Positions 52,531 to 64,000 of a stretch of 64,000 nucleotides of DNA are shown here, one piece after another. A model generated the notes under the pieces. The model did not search any database. It saw only the letters and a list, made by a program, of their open reading frames with translations, and was not told the origin of the DNA. Source of the DNA: the human T2T-CHM13v2.0 reference genome, Homo sapiens. The translations under genes and the position numbers were made by a program. Each line of letters begins with the position of its first letter. Within the stretch, counting starts at the first letter, position 1. The stretch lies in NCBI RefSeq assembly GCF_009914755.1, contig NC_060934.1; one strand, written 5' to 3'.

Positions 52531-53683
52531 AGATGGGGTCATATTTTAAAAATGTAGTAAAGCCTCCATTCACAAGTAGATGAACTTGGACCACAAGGAG
52601 ATAATGTGGTTTTCTCAATAGCAGAGGTGAAACTGGAACACAGATCTACTCCTTGTCAGCTTCACTTTCATATGTCACTCCCTCCACTCTCTGCTGGCTA
52701 AGTGTTAAGCAAGGTGATTTCTAAGATCTTTCAGTCTCTAAGCTGATATATTTCTGAGTCGAGCAAACATGAAATTTAAGTGTTGTCCTGGAAAATCCCC
52801 CTCTACTTAAACCTTTTCCTTTCAGGGGATAGGCGTGTCTTTCCAGAAATAGAGTTCAACAGCATCAAGCTACCATCATCCAATGGAAGTGATAGGAAAA
52901 AAATTACCTAGATGACTCATTTATCTTGTGAACCATGGACTCATAAAGAAGAAAACACATAGCAGGAACATACATATGTTATTACATGCTGAGATAGTAA
53001 GGTTAAAGAAAGTTAGAGAAGGTAAGTTTACAACAGAATGGAATAAACTATGCAGATAAGCTGGAAGTACTATAGAATTCTCCAACCATCTCTCCTTCAG
53101 TGCTAGGAGTCTGATAATTACATCAAAACCAGAATTATTTGCATGCCCAGACATCTTCATGGAGACTGCTCTGTTTGTCTTTTGTTAGTCTAGCTCAGTG
53201 GTCCTTACACTTAAACATGCCTAAAAATTATTGTATAGGGCTGTATATACACAGGATAATGTATGCTGTCATGTGTGGATAAAATAGGGGGCTTTGTGAA
53301 GGGTATTTTTGACTATATGAAATTTTCCCCTGTAAGTGCAGGCTTTAAAACCTAACAATTGGAGGAGATGTATGCCCACTTTAAATCTACATGTCAAACT
53401 TATTGGCTTGTGAATTCAGTAAAATTAATAGCAACAGGAATAGCAATCATTACCATGGAGAATCATTTAGTGGGGTATTTTGCTGTTGCATAGACGTCAT
53501 CAGAGAGGACATAGGAATCTTAATAGCATCTGTCAGAGAATTCAAAGGTATTAGATTTAGGGCTTTAAAAGTTTATGATTTTCTATCCAGTCAACTGACC
53601 CAAATATTATCCTCAAACACTCTTGGATCATTGAACATATGTTACATCTTTCATGAAGACTTCTTTGACTTAATTGCTTCTTT

Positions 53684-53992
53684 TGTTTGTTCGTTTGTTT
53701 GTTTGTTTTGTGAGACAGAGTCTTGCTTTGTCACCCAGGCTGGAGTGCAGTGGCATGATCTCAGCTCACTGCAATCTCCGCCTCCCAGTTCAAGCGATTC
53801 TCGTGTCTCAGCCACCCCAGTAGCTGGAATTACAGGCATGCACCACCATGCCTGGCTAATTTTTGTATTTTTAGTAGAGATAGAGTTTTGCCATGTTGGC
53901 CAGGCTGGTCTCAAACTCCTGGCCTCAAGTGATTCGCCTACCTCAGCCTCCTAAACTACTGGCGTTACAGGCATGAGCTTCTGTGCCCAGCC
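53684..53992 (-). mobile_element. Alu (AluSz/Jb-like) with a (TTTG)n tail
   Basis: Full antisense Alu; TSD ttaattgcttcttt at 53670-53683 and 53993-54006. Confidence 0.97.
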
Positions 53993-54884
53993 TTAATTGC
54001 TTCTTTAGTGCTGCCCCTGCACTTAACACAGAAATCTGTAGAAGTGATTATTCTCATTGTATGTTAAGGGCTTATTTGTGGATGACTATCTTCTCAAGTA
54101 TCTTCCAAGGTAGAACATGTGCCTTTTTAGTGTTATTACCTCAATTTTTAGTAGAGATGGCCAACTCGCATCATTTGCTCAATAATTATTTATTGATTGA
54201 CTCGATTAATCCGAGTCACTATAGCATTCTACTTTCTGAGGAATGGGAGGACTACAGTCAGGGCCTAAGCTTTTAGCATACACTCAGTTTGCATTGTGCT
54301 AAATTTTCTGTTAAAAAGATAACATCTGCCTGCCCCAATAGGAGCTGGAGATTTCAGGCATCCTGCTTTGACCAGTTGGTTTATACCTGAAAGGTCTCTC
54401 TGTAGAGCTTTGGCAAGAAAACCTGTTACTAAGAAGAGGTTACAATTTCTTTCTCTAATGTGAGTTGACATTAGGGTCTGATTTGGGCCAGGGTCTGCCT
54501 CTGGCCTATAGATCTCCCAGAAAGAACCCATGCATATTTTGTCCCTAAAGACTGAATTACCATCTCTTTCTCCCTGCAGAGCTAAGGGGGCATTCTGGGA
54601 TGCAGGTGGTGCTCAGGAATTTTCAGCTTTTCTTGAGGATCTGAAATTGCAGTAGTATCCTTTAGGTTGCAGTGGGTAGGCAGATATCTTTACCTGTTGG
54701 CTCTGAAAAGCCAGATCATCTATCTGATGAATGACCTAAAGTCCCTTCTTTCATATATTCCCTTTTTAACATGGTGACACTTTTCTGGCTTAGAGAATAA
54801 ATGAAAAAAAAAAAACACAAAAGAAAATAAACAAAACCCAGGAATTCAGCAATGGAAGAGATCTTGGTGATTATAGGGTCTGGT

Positions 54885-57800
54885 AACTTTTTTCTTTTCT
54901 TTAACTTTTCAAAAATTGTAAAATATAACATACATACAGAAAAGTATATAAAACAGATACACAATAATGTGAATAATTATAAAGCCAACACCTATGTTTC
55001 ACACTGAGGTTAAGAAATAGAATGCTGCCAGCATTTTAGAAGCTTCCTGTGTTTCCTTCAGGATGACAGCTTTCTCCCTTGACCCTGGAGGGAATCACCA
55101 TCCTCAATTCAATACAATACAATTCAATACAATCATCTCTTTGATCTTCTATGTAATTTGACTATCAAATTGGCATCTCTAACATTTTCTTTATGTAAAT
55201 AGGATCAAATTACATACGTTGTTTTTTCATCAATATATTTGTAAGATTCACTCATGTTATTGTGTGTGGCTGTCATTTGCTTTCATTTCTCTTTAGCTTT
55301 CCAGTTGGTTATGTACCACAATTTATATCTGCAGTTGTCTCTTTTTTGGTTATTTCAGCCTGCTGTGTAGAACATTCTTTACACTCATCCTGGTGTACAT
55401 GTGTGCAAGTTTCTGTAGTCTAGGGCATAGACCCAAGGTGGACACGTTTATATTATCAAACTGTTCTCCAAAGTAAGTGTATCAGTTTTTACTCTAATCA
55501 CATTCTGGGCAACACTTGGTTTTGGCAGACCTTTTAATCTTTTGCCATTCTTATGAATGTGTATGGTAGTGGTATTGGTATTCTGTGGTTTTGACTTTCA
55601 TTTCCTTAATTATTAATGAGGTTGAGCACTTTTCCATATGTTTATTGACCATTTGGACTTAGTAACTGTGAAGCGTCTGTTTATGACTTTTTGCCCATTT
55701 GTATTTGGTTTTCTGTCTTTTAAAATTTGATTTTTAGATATTCTTTACCGATTCTGGGATTGTATGCTTTTCAGATAATTTCTATAATTCTGTAGCTTGG
55801 TCATTTCACTTGCAATGTGGTGTCTTATGGTAAACTGAAATTCTTAATTTTAATGCAGTCAAATGTATCAGTCTTTTTCAATATGAATATTACTTTATGC
55901 ATCTTGTTCAAAAAATTATCCTCTACCCCAAGATCATGAAGACCTACTGTATTTTTTTCTAAAAGCTTTATAGTTTTGTCTTTCACATTTGGCTCCATAA
56001 TCCCCCTGGAGTTGACTTTTACATACAGTTTGAGCTAGGAATTCATTGGCATTTTTCTTTTTCCATTATAATTTATTAAAAAACCCTCTTTCCCCCATTA
56101 ATTTGCAGTGCCACTTCTCATAAACTAAATCCATATATGTATGTTTCTGTTTTTGAGTTCTACGGTTTTATTTATCTACCCTTGAGCCAATACCACAACG
56201 TCTGTTACTGTATCTTTAAAATAAGTTTTGGTATCTGGTATACATAATTCTCCCACCTTGATTTTCTTCTTCAAGATTGTCTTAAAGAAGATACTTATTT
56301 TCCTTTTGCACTTCCATAGAAATTTTAGAATCAGCCTGTCAAAATCCTCAACAACCTATTGAGTTTTGACTGGAATTACAATGACTTTTAAAACAATGGT
56401 GAATTGACATTTTTGTAACACTAAGTTTCCCCATCCATGAACATGGAATAGCTCTCTTCTTTAATGACTGTTAATAAGGATTTCCAGTTTTCTTCATAGT
56501 AGTCTCACATATCTTTTGCTAGATTTATTCCAAGGAACTTGATATTTTTGATGCTGTACTAAATAATGTGATTTAAAAATGTTATTTTCTAGATTTTTAT
56601 CAAAGGACTATAATAATACAGTTGATTTCTATATATTGAGTTTGTATCCAACAAATATGCCAAACCCTGTTATCAATTTTAATAATTTAAATATAGTTTC
56701 TAAGGGGTTTTCTACATTAAAAATTGTATTACAGTTTTGTTTCTTTCCAAACTTTATAGCTCTAATTTCTTTTCTTTTCTTTTTTTTCTTTTCTTCATGT
56801 TGTGCTGATAAGGGCCTCCAGTTCAATGATTAATAGAAGTGAAAGCAAGCTTGCATCCTTGCCTTTTTTCTGATCTCAAATGTAAATATTTTAACATTTC
56901 ACCTTTCACCATTAAGCAAGACATTTTTGATGTAGATTTTTGTAGCTATCCTTTCTTATGATAAGGAAGTTATCTCTATACCTAATGTGCAAAGAGGATT
57001 ATATATAATTTTATCATGAATGTATATTAAATTTTGTTGAATGCTTCCTTTTGTCTGTGAGATGATCATATGATTCTTTGATCTGCTAATGAAGTAAATT
57101 ACATTGATTTATTTTCTAATTTTAAACAAAACTTGAATTCTTGGGATAAAGCCAACTCGGTCATTACCTATTATCTTTTCTATGTATTGCTTTAGTTAAC
57201 TAATGATTTTGCTCAAGATTGCTTTCCTTTTTCATACTGAATTGTTTTGCTGGCCTCATCACATGAATTGAGAATTGTCTCCTCTTCCTCTCATTTCCCC
57301 AGAACAGAGCATAAGATTAAAGTTTTTTTGTTGTTTTTTTTTCTTGACTGTTTGGGTCTAGATTTTTTTGTTTGTTTTTTGAATGTGAGACTTTTTTAGT
57401 ACAATTCAATTTCTTTAATGCTTATGAGATATTCAGATGGTATATTTTTTCTTGTGTTAGTTTTAGTAAGTTATATATATTCACAAGACATTTTTCTATT
57501 ACATCAAAAAGTTTAATTTATTGGTATAAAACTATTTATAGTATTACTTGATTATCTTTGCGATGTCTGCAAGATTTGTAGTAAGGCCTTATTTTTTCCA
57601 TTTATGATATAATGGTATCTTTTTTCTTTTTAAAATATCAGCTTTATCAGTGTTTTATTAATTTTCTTAGTCTTTTCAAAGAACCAATCTTAAGTTTTGT
57701 TGATAGTCTCTTGAACTATTTGTTTCATATTTTATTGATTGCTGTTCCTATCTTTACTCTTTCCCTTCTTTATATTTCTTAGGGTTTTTCTGATATTCCT

Positions 57801-59170
57801 TTCTTAACTTTTTGAGAGATATGTTTATTTTATTGATTTTAAGCCTTTCTACTTTCTGAATACCATACTTCATGTATTATAAGACAAACATTTTACACAT
57901 TTTAACATCTGTGAAACTGAGATGCATCTTGCAACTGATGGCATGTCGTGATTCAGTTGCAAGCATTTTCTTCTCATTGTAGTACATAAATTATTGGCAC
58001 ATCTTACAATAGATACTATCATAGATTCAATAAAAGGAAGTATATGCAGTTGAGGCTATTACTCTCCCTTCAAGTGGTGCTTTTGCTTGGTTTCCACAAG
58101 CATGTTTTGTTAGCCTCTTCTCTCTCAGTTCTATATTTTGGATAGTTTCTTTCGTTCTTTTTTTCAGTTACTCTTACTTTCTTCTGACATGTGTAATGTG
58201 ATGTTAAACATGTTCGTGTAATTTTTATTATAAATTTTTCCAGTTTTAGAAGTTGGTTTTTTAAATGACAATGCCACTCATTACCATTTTCTATTCTCTG
58301 AAGTATTTTTAAATTTATCCTTATTTATTTAAATACAGTAAACAGTTGTTGTTTTATTGTCTGTGTCTGACAATTCCACTATCTGAAGTCTTTTTGGTTT
58401 GTTTCTATTCTCTGTAGTTTCTTCTGGCTTTCTCTCATGGAGTTTTCTTCCTTTGTGTGCCTGACTATCTTTGACTGTGCTTGTCTTTACAATTTAAAAA
58501 CATTTTTAAAAACCCAAGAATAATATACATACATTAAAGTGAACAAAACTTTGAATTGAATATATCCAATTTCTTAAGACTTTCTTATGACCTTTCCTAG
58601 TCAATGCCATCATCCCCTTTCTGGTAACCACTATTCTTTCTTCACCATCGTGAATCTGTCCTGCTGTAGTAGAAACTATATGTCCAGATACAGTAGAAAT
58701 TATTTGTAACAACAATTTGAGAATTGTGATTGGTATGAGGAAATCTTTCAGAAGGGATTTTATTTGTTTTTTGGGTATATAGGGAAATAACAAGTTCAAA
58801 TTTGTTATTCCCTAGACCACGCAAAGGACATAAACCCAGGCTATAAATACATGGGAAGGCTACTTGACCTTCAGGGGCCCAGTTTCAGAGGAGGGTGACT
58901 TACTAGAGAACCCACCTTGGGCAGAATCTGCACTTTGACTTGCGTCACCCGCAAGTCCACAAAAACTGCAGTTCCGATTTGTAGCTTTTGCTTTATACTG
59001 GCAAATGCCCTTAGGACAGAGTAACTTTGAATGTTATCTCTTTGGGTACTGCCTTTTTCTAGATGTTGTCCCAGGAATTTCTTACTATTTATTGTTCTTT
59101 AATATTTCAAATAGACTGTTTTGTTTTGATGTTCTATCTAGTTTTAAACATTGCTCTCAGAAGGAGGTTT
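54885..59170 (-). mobile_element. Old LINE-1 (L1M-type) about 4 kb, degraded, with nested insertions
   Basis: T-rich antisense L1: taatgaggttgagcacttttccatatg, aattttagaatcagc, catccatgaacatgga, ttcaccattaag, aggaagtt, ttttcaaagaacca. Confidence 0.85.
57863..58040. mobile_element. MER104/Kanga-like TcMar DNA transposon nested in L1
   Basis: TA-flanked; cacattttaacatctgtgaaactgagatgcatcttgcaac..catcttacaat..tagattcaat. Confidence 0.7.
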
Positions 59171-59727
59171 TTCTGTTGTAATGGTATTTATTTATGTTTT
59201 AAACTTTATTTCTTTTGAGCTGTGGAAATTTTTTCTGAATTTTAGGCAGATTTATGATATATAAAATCCATAAAAGAAGAGAGTCATGCTTAAAATTATG
59301 CAGATGTTAGTGGGCCATGCATTTCTCCTAGAAGCCATTTTCTTTCTGGGATTAGGGACTGCTTCCTAGTTTCTGTTTGTATCCTGAGAGGTCTACATTT
59401 GTTTGGTTTGTTGTACCCCACCCTCTATCTTAAGGATCTTAACCAGGCCCTCTGAGTGGTCCGGCTATATTACAAAATGAAAAATAAATTGCCCAAAAGA
59501 ATCACAAATATGGTTTATTTAAATTGTCTAGCAAATTAATACTTGGATGAAAATGTTGTGTTCATTCCCCTTCTAAACATAAGGCCTGGATCTAACGCTC
59601 TCCACCTACCTTGATAGGTCCTCTCTTAACTTTTGATCACTTACAATATTCTTTTGCTGGTCAGAACCCTAGTCATTCCTCATTGCCTCCAGAAAGATGA
59701 ATTTATATACCTTGCCAGGCATGTGGT

Positions 59728-59841
59728 CCTTTCCTCCCCTCTCCTTCCCTCCCCTTCTCCTTCCCTTTTACCTTCCTCCTTCCCTTTTTCCCTTCTTCCC
59801 TCCCTCCCTCTCTTCTTTCCTTCCTCCTATTCCTTCCTTTT
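59728..59841 (+). repeat. Polypyrimidine (CCT/TTCC) low-complexity tract
   Basis: Almost purely C/T for about 110 bp. Confidence 0.9.
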
Positions 59842-60807
59842 AGTAAATTATTGATTTTTGCCATTAGTTTCAGAAACTAGTTGTGATTACTAATGTGTCC
59901 TAGCTCCCCTGAGGCTCTGCTGTAAAATAGCCAGTGAATGAGGATTTTTTAAAGGTGATGAGTTGGCCAGTGATGAGGGAGGGCGAAGAGTGGCCGGTGG
60001 GGTGGGGTGGGGGGACACAGAAAGCATACATGTCTTGACTCAGTGTGGTTGATGGCCAGAACCCATTTTCAATCCTATGAAATCAGAGGTAGATTTACCA
60101 GACATTCTTGCTTCATAAAGTAGGCATGCTCTGTGCTCTTTGCCTCTGGATTTGAGTGGAATCCAGGCGGGTGTGTAGGAATCTTTGGTAACCCATTAGA
60201 ACATAATCTATTCATGTTTTTCTCCCTCCTAGCCCATTTAGGAGAAGAAAACCTTGGTTTATTTCTCTCTCAAGTGAGGAAGATAAAGAACAAAACAAAT
60301 AAAACTAAACACACATCTGAATTCCAGTCACTAAAATGATGACTTGGAGTTTTGCAAACAGAACAAGTCTTTGCATGGACTTGAGATCTTGGCCATGGAA
60401 TCAAGACTGAGGGGTAAGCTTTGTTTCCCCAGTCAACTCACATATACGTAGAGCAGCATTTCTCAACTCAGCTTTTTTATACCAGTACTCTACTAGCAAA
60501 GAAGTTATAGTCAAGTTATATTTTCAAAGTCTGCATTATGACAGCAATGCATTTCATTTTCTAAATATAACACTAGATTATAATATTGATTGTACTTTTT
60601 CAAAATACTCTTCATCCCCCACCCCACTCCTATATTGTCCCTTTCTATTCCTCACCCTCTGATTTGAGGATCACTGAACAACATCATTCAGCTGTCCTAC
60701 TTATGTTGCTATGAATCTAGAGCCAATTCTGGCCAAGGGTCTCAGGGTATTCTCCAAAGGAAGTTCAACAACAATCTTTGCATGCAATATGAATTAAAGT
60801 AGGAGAA

Positions 60808-61101
<294 letters not shown>

Positions 61102-61367
61102 GGAAGAAGCTAATTTTTGTCTGGTGTCCAGTGGTCAGAGAAATAGACAATTGGCAAATGAGAAGACAATGTCCAAAAAGGAAATTTTTTTCCAAGTCAA
61201 GAAATAAGCTAAAGCCTAGAATTCATCTTTGAGATTCCTCAGTGCCTAATATAGTGCTGGATGTATAAGTGGCTATCAGTAAATATGTTTAGACCAACAA
61301 TTCAAATTCCCTGTGTGGACATACTTGATGGATCACCCTGTGGCTATGGTAGGAGATGTTGGATGAG

Positions 61368-61605
61368 GCAGCAGCAGCACAGAGGAAGGAGGAATAAAAC
61401 CAGCCTTGGTTTCAAATGTCATCTCCGCCTCTTATTACGTGACCTTGGAAAAATTACTTAAATCTTCTTTGTCTCAATTGTGTCACTGTAAAAGAGGAAT
61501 TAGAATACCTCACAACTTTATTATTTATAAAAATTAGAAATAGTGTAAGCAAAGTGCTTGGCGCATACACAACTCTCATTGAGTGGTGGCTGCTACTATT
61601 ATTGG
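61368..61605 (+). mobile_element. MIR SINE
   Basis: ggtttcaaat..gtgaccttggaaaattacttaa..ctgtaaaa..aaagtgcttggc. Confidence 0.75.
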
Positions 61606-62635
61606 AAATAAAAGAACAAGAATATTAACTTAAGAAGATTTTACTAGGGAAAAGCTTCTTTAAGCAAACTCTCTTCCAAATCCGTGAAGCAGGGTCTGGC
61701 TTTGCCCCAAGTTTTTGAAACACGTAGCCTTGGTGTGAACTCTGTACCCAGTCCTTTTCTGTAATCCCTGTAGACCCCAAGTTCTGCTGACCCCAAAGTG
61801 CCTTAGTCATAGGGGAATTAATAGGACATTTGGCCAAAACCTCCAAATGGAGATCTTCCAAGGACAGAACATTCTGGAACCCATAGTGTTTTATATATTC
61901 TTCTCACAGTGGCTGGGGTCAAAACAAAGCCAGAAGGAAAACTGTGTTAGGAGACCCAGATCCAGACCCAAAGAAAGAAAGTTAAGAAGTTTTCGAATTT
62001 GCTTGTTGTAAATGATATATCTTGGCACCTAATTTAGCTTTCTCTTGGCAAACTGGCTGGTTTATTAGTAGTGAAGTTAATTTGAAAAATGAAATAACTT
62101 CCAACAAGTTAAAAAGTAATGCTTTAAAAATTTCACTGTATTAATTTTAACATTGGCTTTTCATGTTATTATGTTAATTTTATATGTGATGGTTCAAGTG
62201 AAAGGAGTTGTTCTATTTTAAATATGACATTCTATTTGTGAATACAATTCTGGAAATATTGGGAGAAACGTAATTGGTAAAAGTATTTTCTATTAAATTC
62301 TCTGGGGGTGGTGGTGGAATGTTTTCTTAAATTATTTTGGTTAGAGGGCAAACACTGTCTTTTAATGATCTTTGAATCAGCAGAACTTATTTAGCATAGA
62401 GACTGACATACAAAAGTTAATAAATAGATGCAAGAAAAACTAAAACACAGCATGAAGTGGTGGGGAGAACACTCCACACAAACCCAGAAGTCTTTCCCTT
62501 TGGCCTCAGCTCTATCACTAATATGCTGTGTGATGGAGACAATCACTTAACCTTTCTGCAGCAGACTCTTTCTTTATGCTGCAAGGCAGAGGAGTGAAAT
62601 AATAGTGGTCTTAAAGAGTTGCTCTGCTTGCCTCA

Positions 62636-62994
62636 TGTATTAGTCCATTTTCATGCTGCTGATAAAGACATACCCGAGACTGGGCAATTTACAAATGAAA
62701 GAGGTTTAATGGTCTCACGGTTCCACGTGGCTGGGGAGACCTCACAATCATGGCAAAAGGTGAAAGGCACGTCTCACATGGCAACAGACAAGAGAAGAGA
62801 GCTTGTGCAGGGAAACTCCCCTTTATAAAACCATCAGATCTCGTGAGACTTATTCACTGTCAGGAGAATAGCACAGGGAAGATTTGCTGCCATGATTCAA
62901 TTACTTCCTACCAGGTCCCTCCCACAACACATGGGAATTGTGGGAGCTACAATTCAAGATGACATTTGGGTGGGGACACAGCCAAACCATATCA
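62636..62994 (-). mobile_element. THE1B MaLR solo LTR inserted in a MIR
   Basis: tgtattagtccattttcatgctgctgataaagacatacccgagactggg..ggtggggacacagccaaaccatatca; 5-bp TSD CCTCA at 62631-62635 and 62995-62999. Confidence 0.95.
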
Positions 62995-63204
62995 CCTCAC
63001 AAGAACAGCATAGGGTGCAAATGAGACAATGAATGTGCTTTGTACACCAGAATATATGACATAAATCATGACAAAAAATATAGAACTCTTTGCAGTTTTT
63101 TAATTTCTTAATCAAGATGCCTTCGGAGAAGTCAATCAAGTTGGGAACAGCTAATATTCTCACCTAGGCCATGCTGTATCATGACATAAATAATTGTAAT
63201 AACA

Positions 63205-63580
63205 TTGATAATGACTTATTTATTGAGCAATTATTATTATAAGCCAGATCCTGTGGTAGACAGATTACATTCTTTTCATCTTTAAAACAACCCTGTAAGT
63301 CAGGCATTGTTATTATTATCTTTATTTTAGAGATGGGAAAACAGAAGCTCAAGTCATATCCATCACTTTGTCTGTCTGACTCCAAAAGTCATCCTCTTGC
63401 CACTATGCCATATTGCCCCTCATAAAAAGTTTTAACAGGCTCTGAGCAGCACTGTGATACAGGTTTCTTTACCTAGCAGATTTCATTGAATCCTCACCAC
63501 AACAAATGAGGTAGAGTATTATTATTGTCCCCATTCTACAGTTGACAAAACTGAGGCACAGAGGGCCTAGGCAATGGGCT
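63205..63580 (-). mobile_element. Two MIR fragments
   Basis: acttatttattgagc..ttttagagatgggaaaacagaagctc; ccccattctacagttgacaaaactgaggcacagag. Confidence 0.75.
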
Positions 63581-64000
63581 CTGTCTGATCCCAAGTGTGG
63601 CTGTTTTTCCTACACAATGTTAGAGTTTACAATACTTTTTTTTGTGATAGTGTAGAAACAGTGGGGCAAGAACTTAGGCATAATGTGTCCTATATTCCTC
63701 CCTAGCAGGTGACATTTTTATTTGTAGAAAGAAGTTAAGGAATAGCAATATTGAGTTCCAGTGGGAGCCTTTCTGCAAGGCAGAGGAGGGCCTAAAGCTA
63801 ATCTCAGTGGACTTTGTGAAGGATACTAGCCCTCCGACTTTTGATTTGTCTTTCTGTTTTAGAGAAATGAATGAGTTATGAATCTTACTCCCCAAGTAGC
63901 TGCACAGAGTTCAAACCTAGACTTTTGTGCAGCAGGAAGGCAAGCACCGGACCTATGTCCAACCAATCACAAGCTCCCAGGGAGCCATCCCTTTGGAAGA

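Noticed and set aside
53391-53954. 187-aa ORF
   Set aside because: The C-terminal part is antisense Alu and the N-terminal part has no recognisable homology.
63880-64000. CCAAT-containing LTR-like or promoter-like sequence at the window end
   Set aside because: Truncated by the edge; too little sequence to classify.

Overview
This is 64 kb of primate, most likely human, non-coding euchromatic DNA: AT-rich, CpG-poor and dense in repeats. I recognise no protein-coding exon, structural RNA gene or CpG island. The ORF track is explained by Alu, L1, L2, low-complexity or chance ORFs. The window holds six Alus (three with clean target-site duplications, TSDs), several old L1 3' fragments (L1MB, L1PB1, a ~4 kb L1M), many L2 and MIR relics, about seven LTRs (ERV1, MaLR THE1/MLT1, ERVL LTR16) and hAT/TcMar DNA-transposon relics. 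It also has a purine-rich ~18-bp minisatellite and an 86-bp CAC/CAT VNTR. Structure not explained by the repeats includes: a 46-bp near-perfect inverted duplication 1.1 kb apart that looks like a templated insertion into an L2; a ~120-bp local direct duplication; a divergent pair of CTCF-like motifs; a 50-bp CpG-rich micro-island; and a minus-strand bias of the LTRs, suggesting an intron of a plus-strand gene. I found no convincing new biological system. Repeat subfamily names come from recalled consensus sequences rather than a database search, and boundaries of old repeats are approximate.
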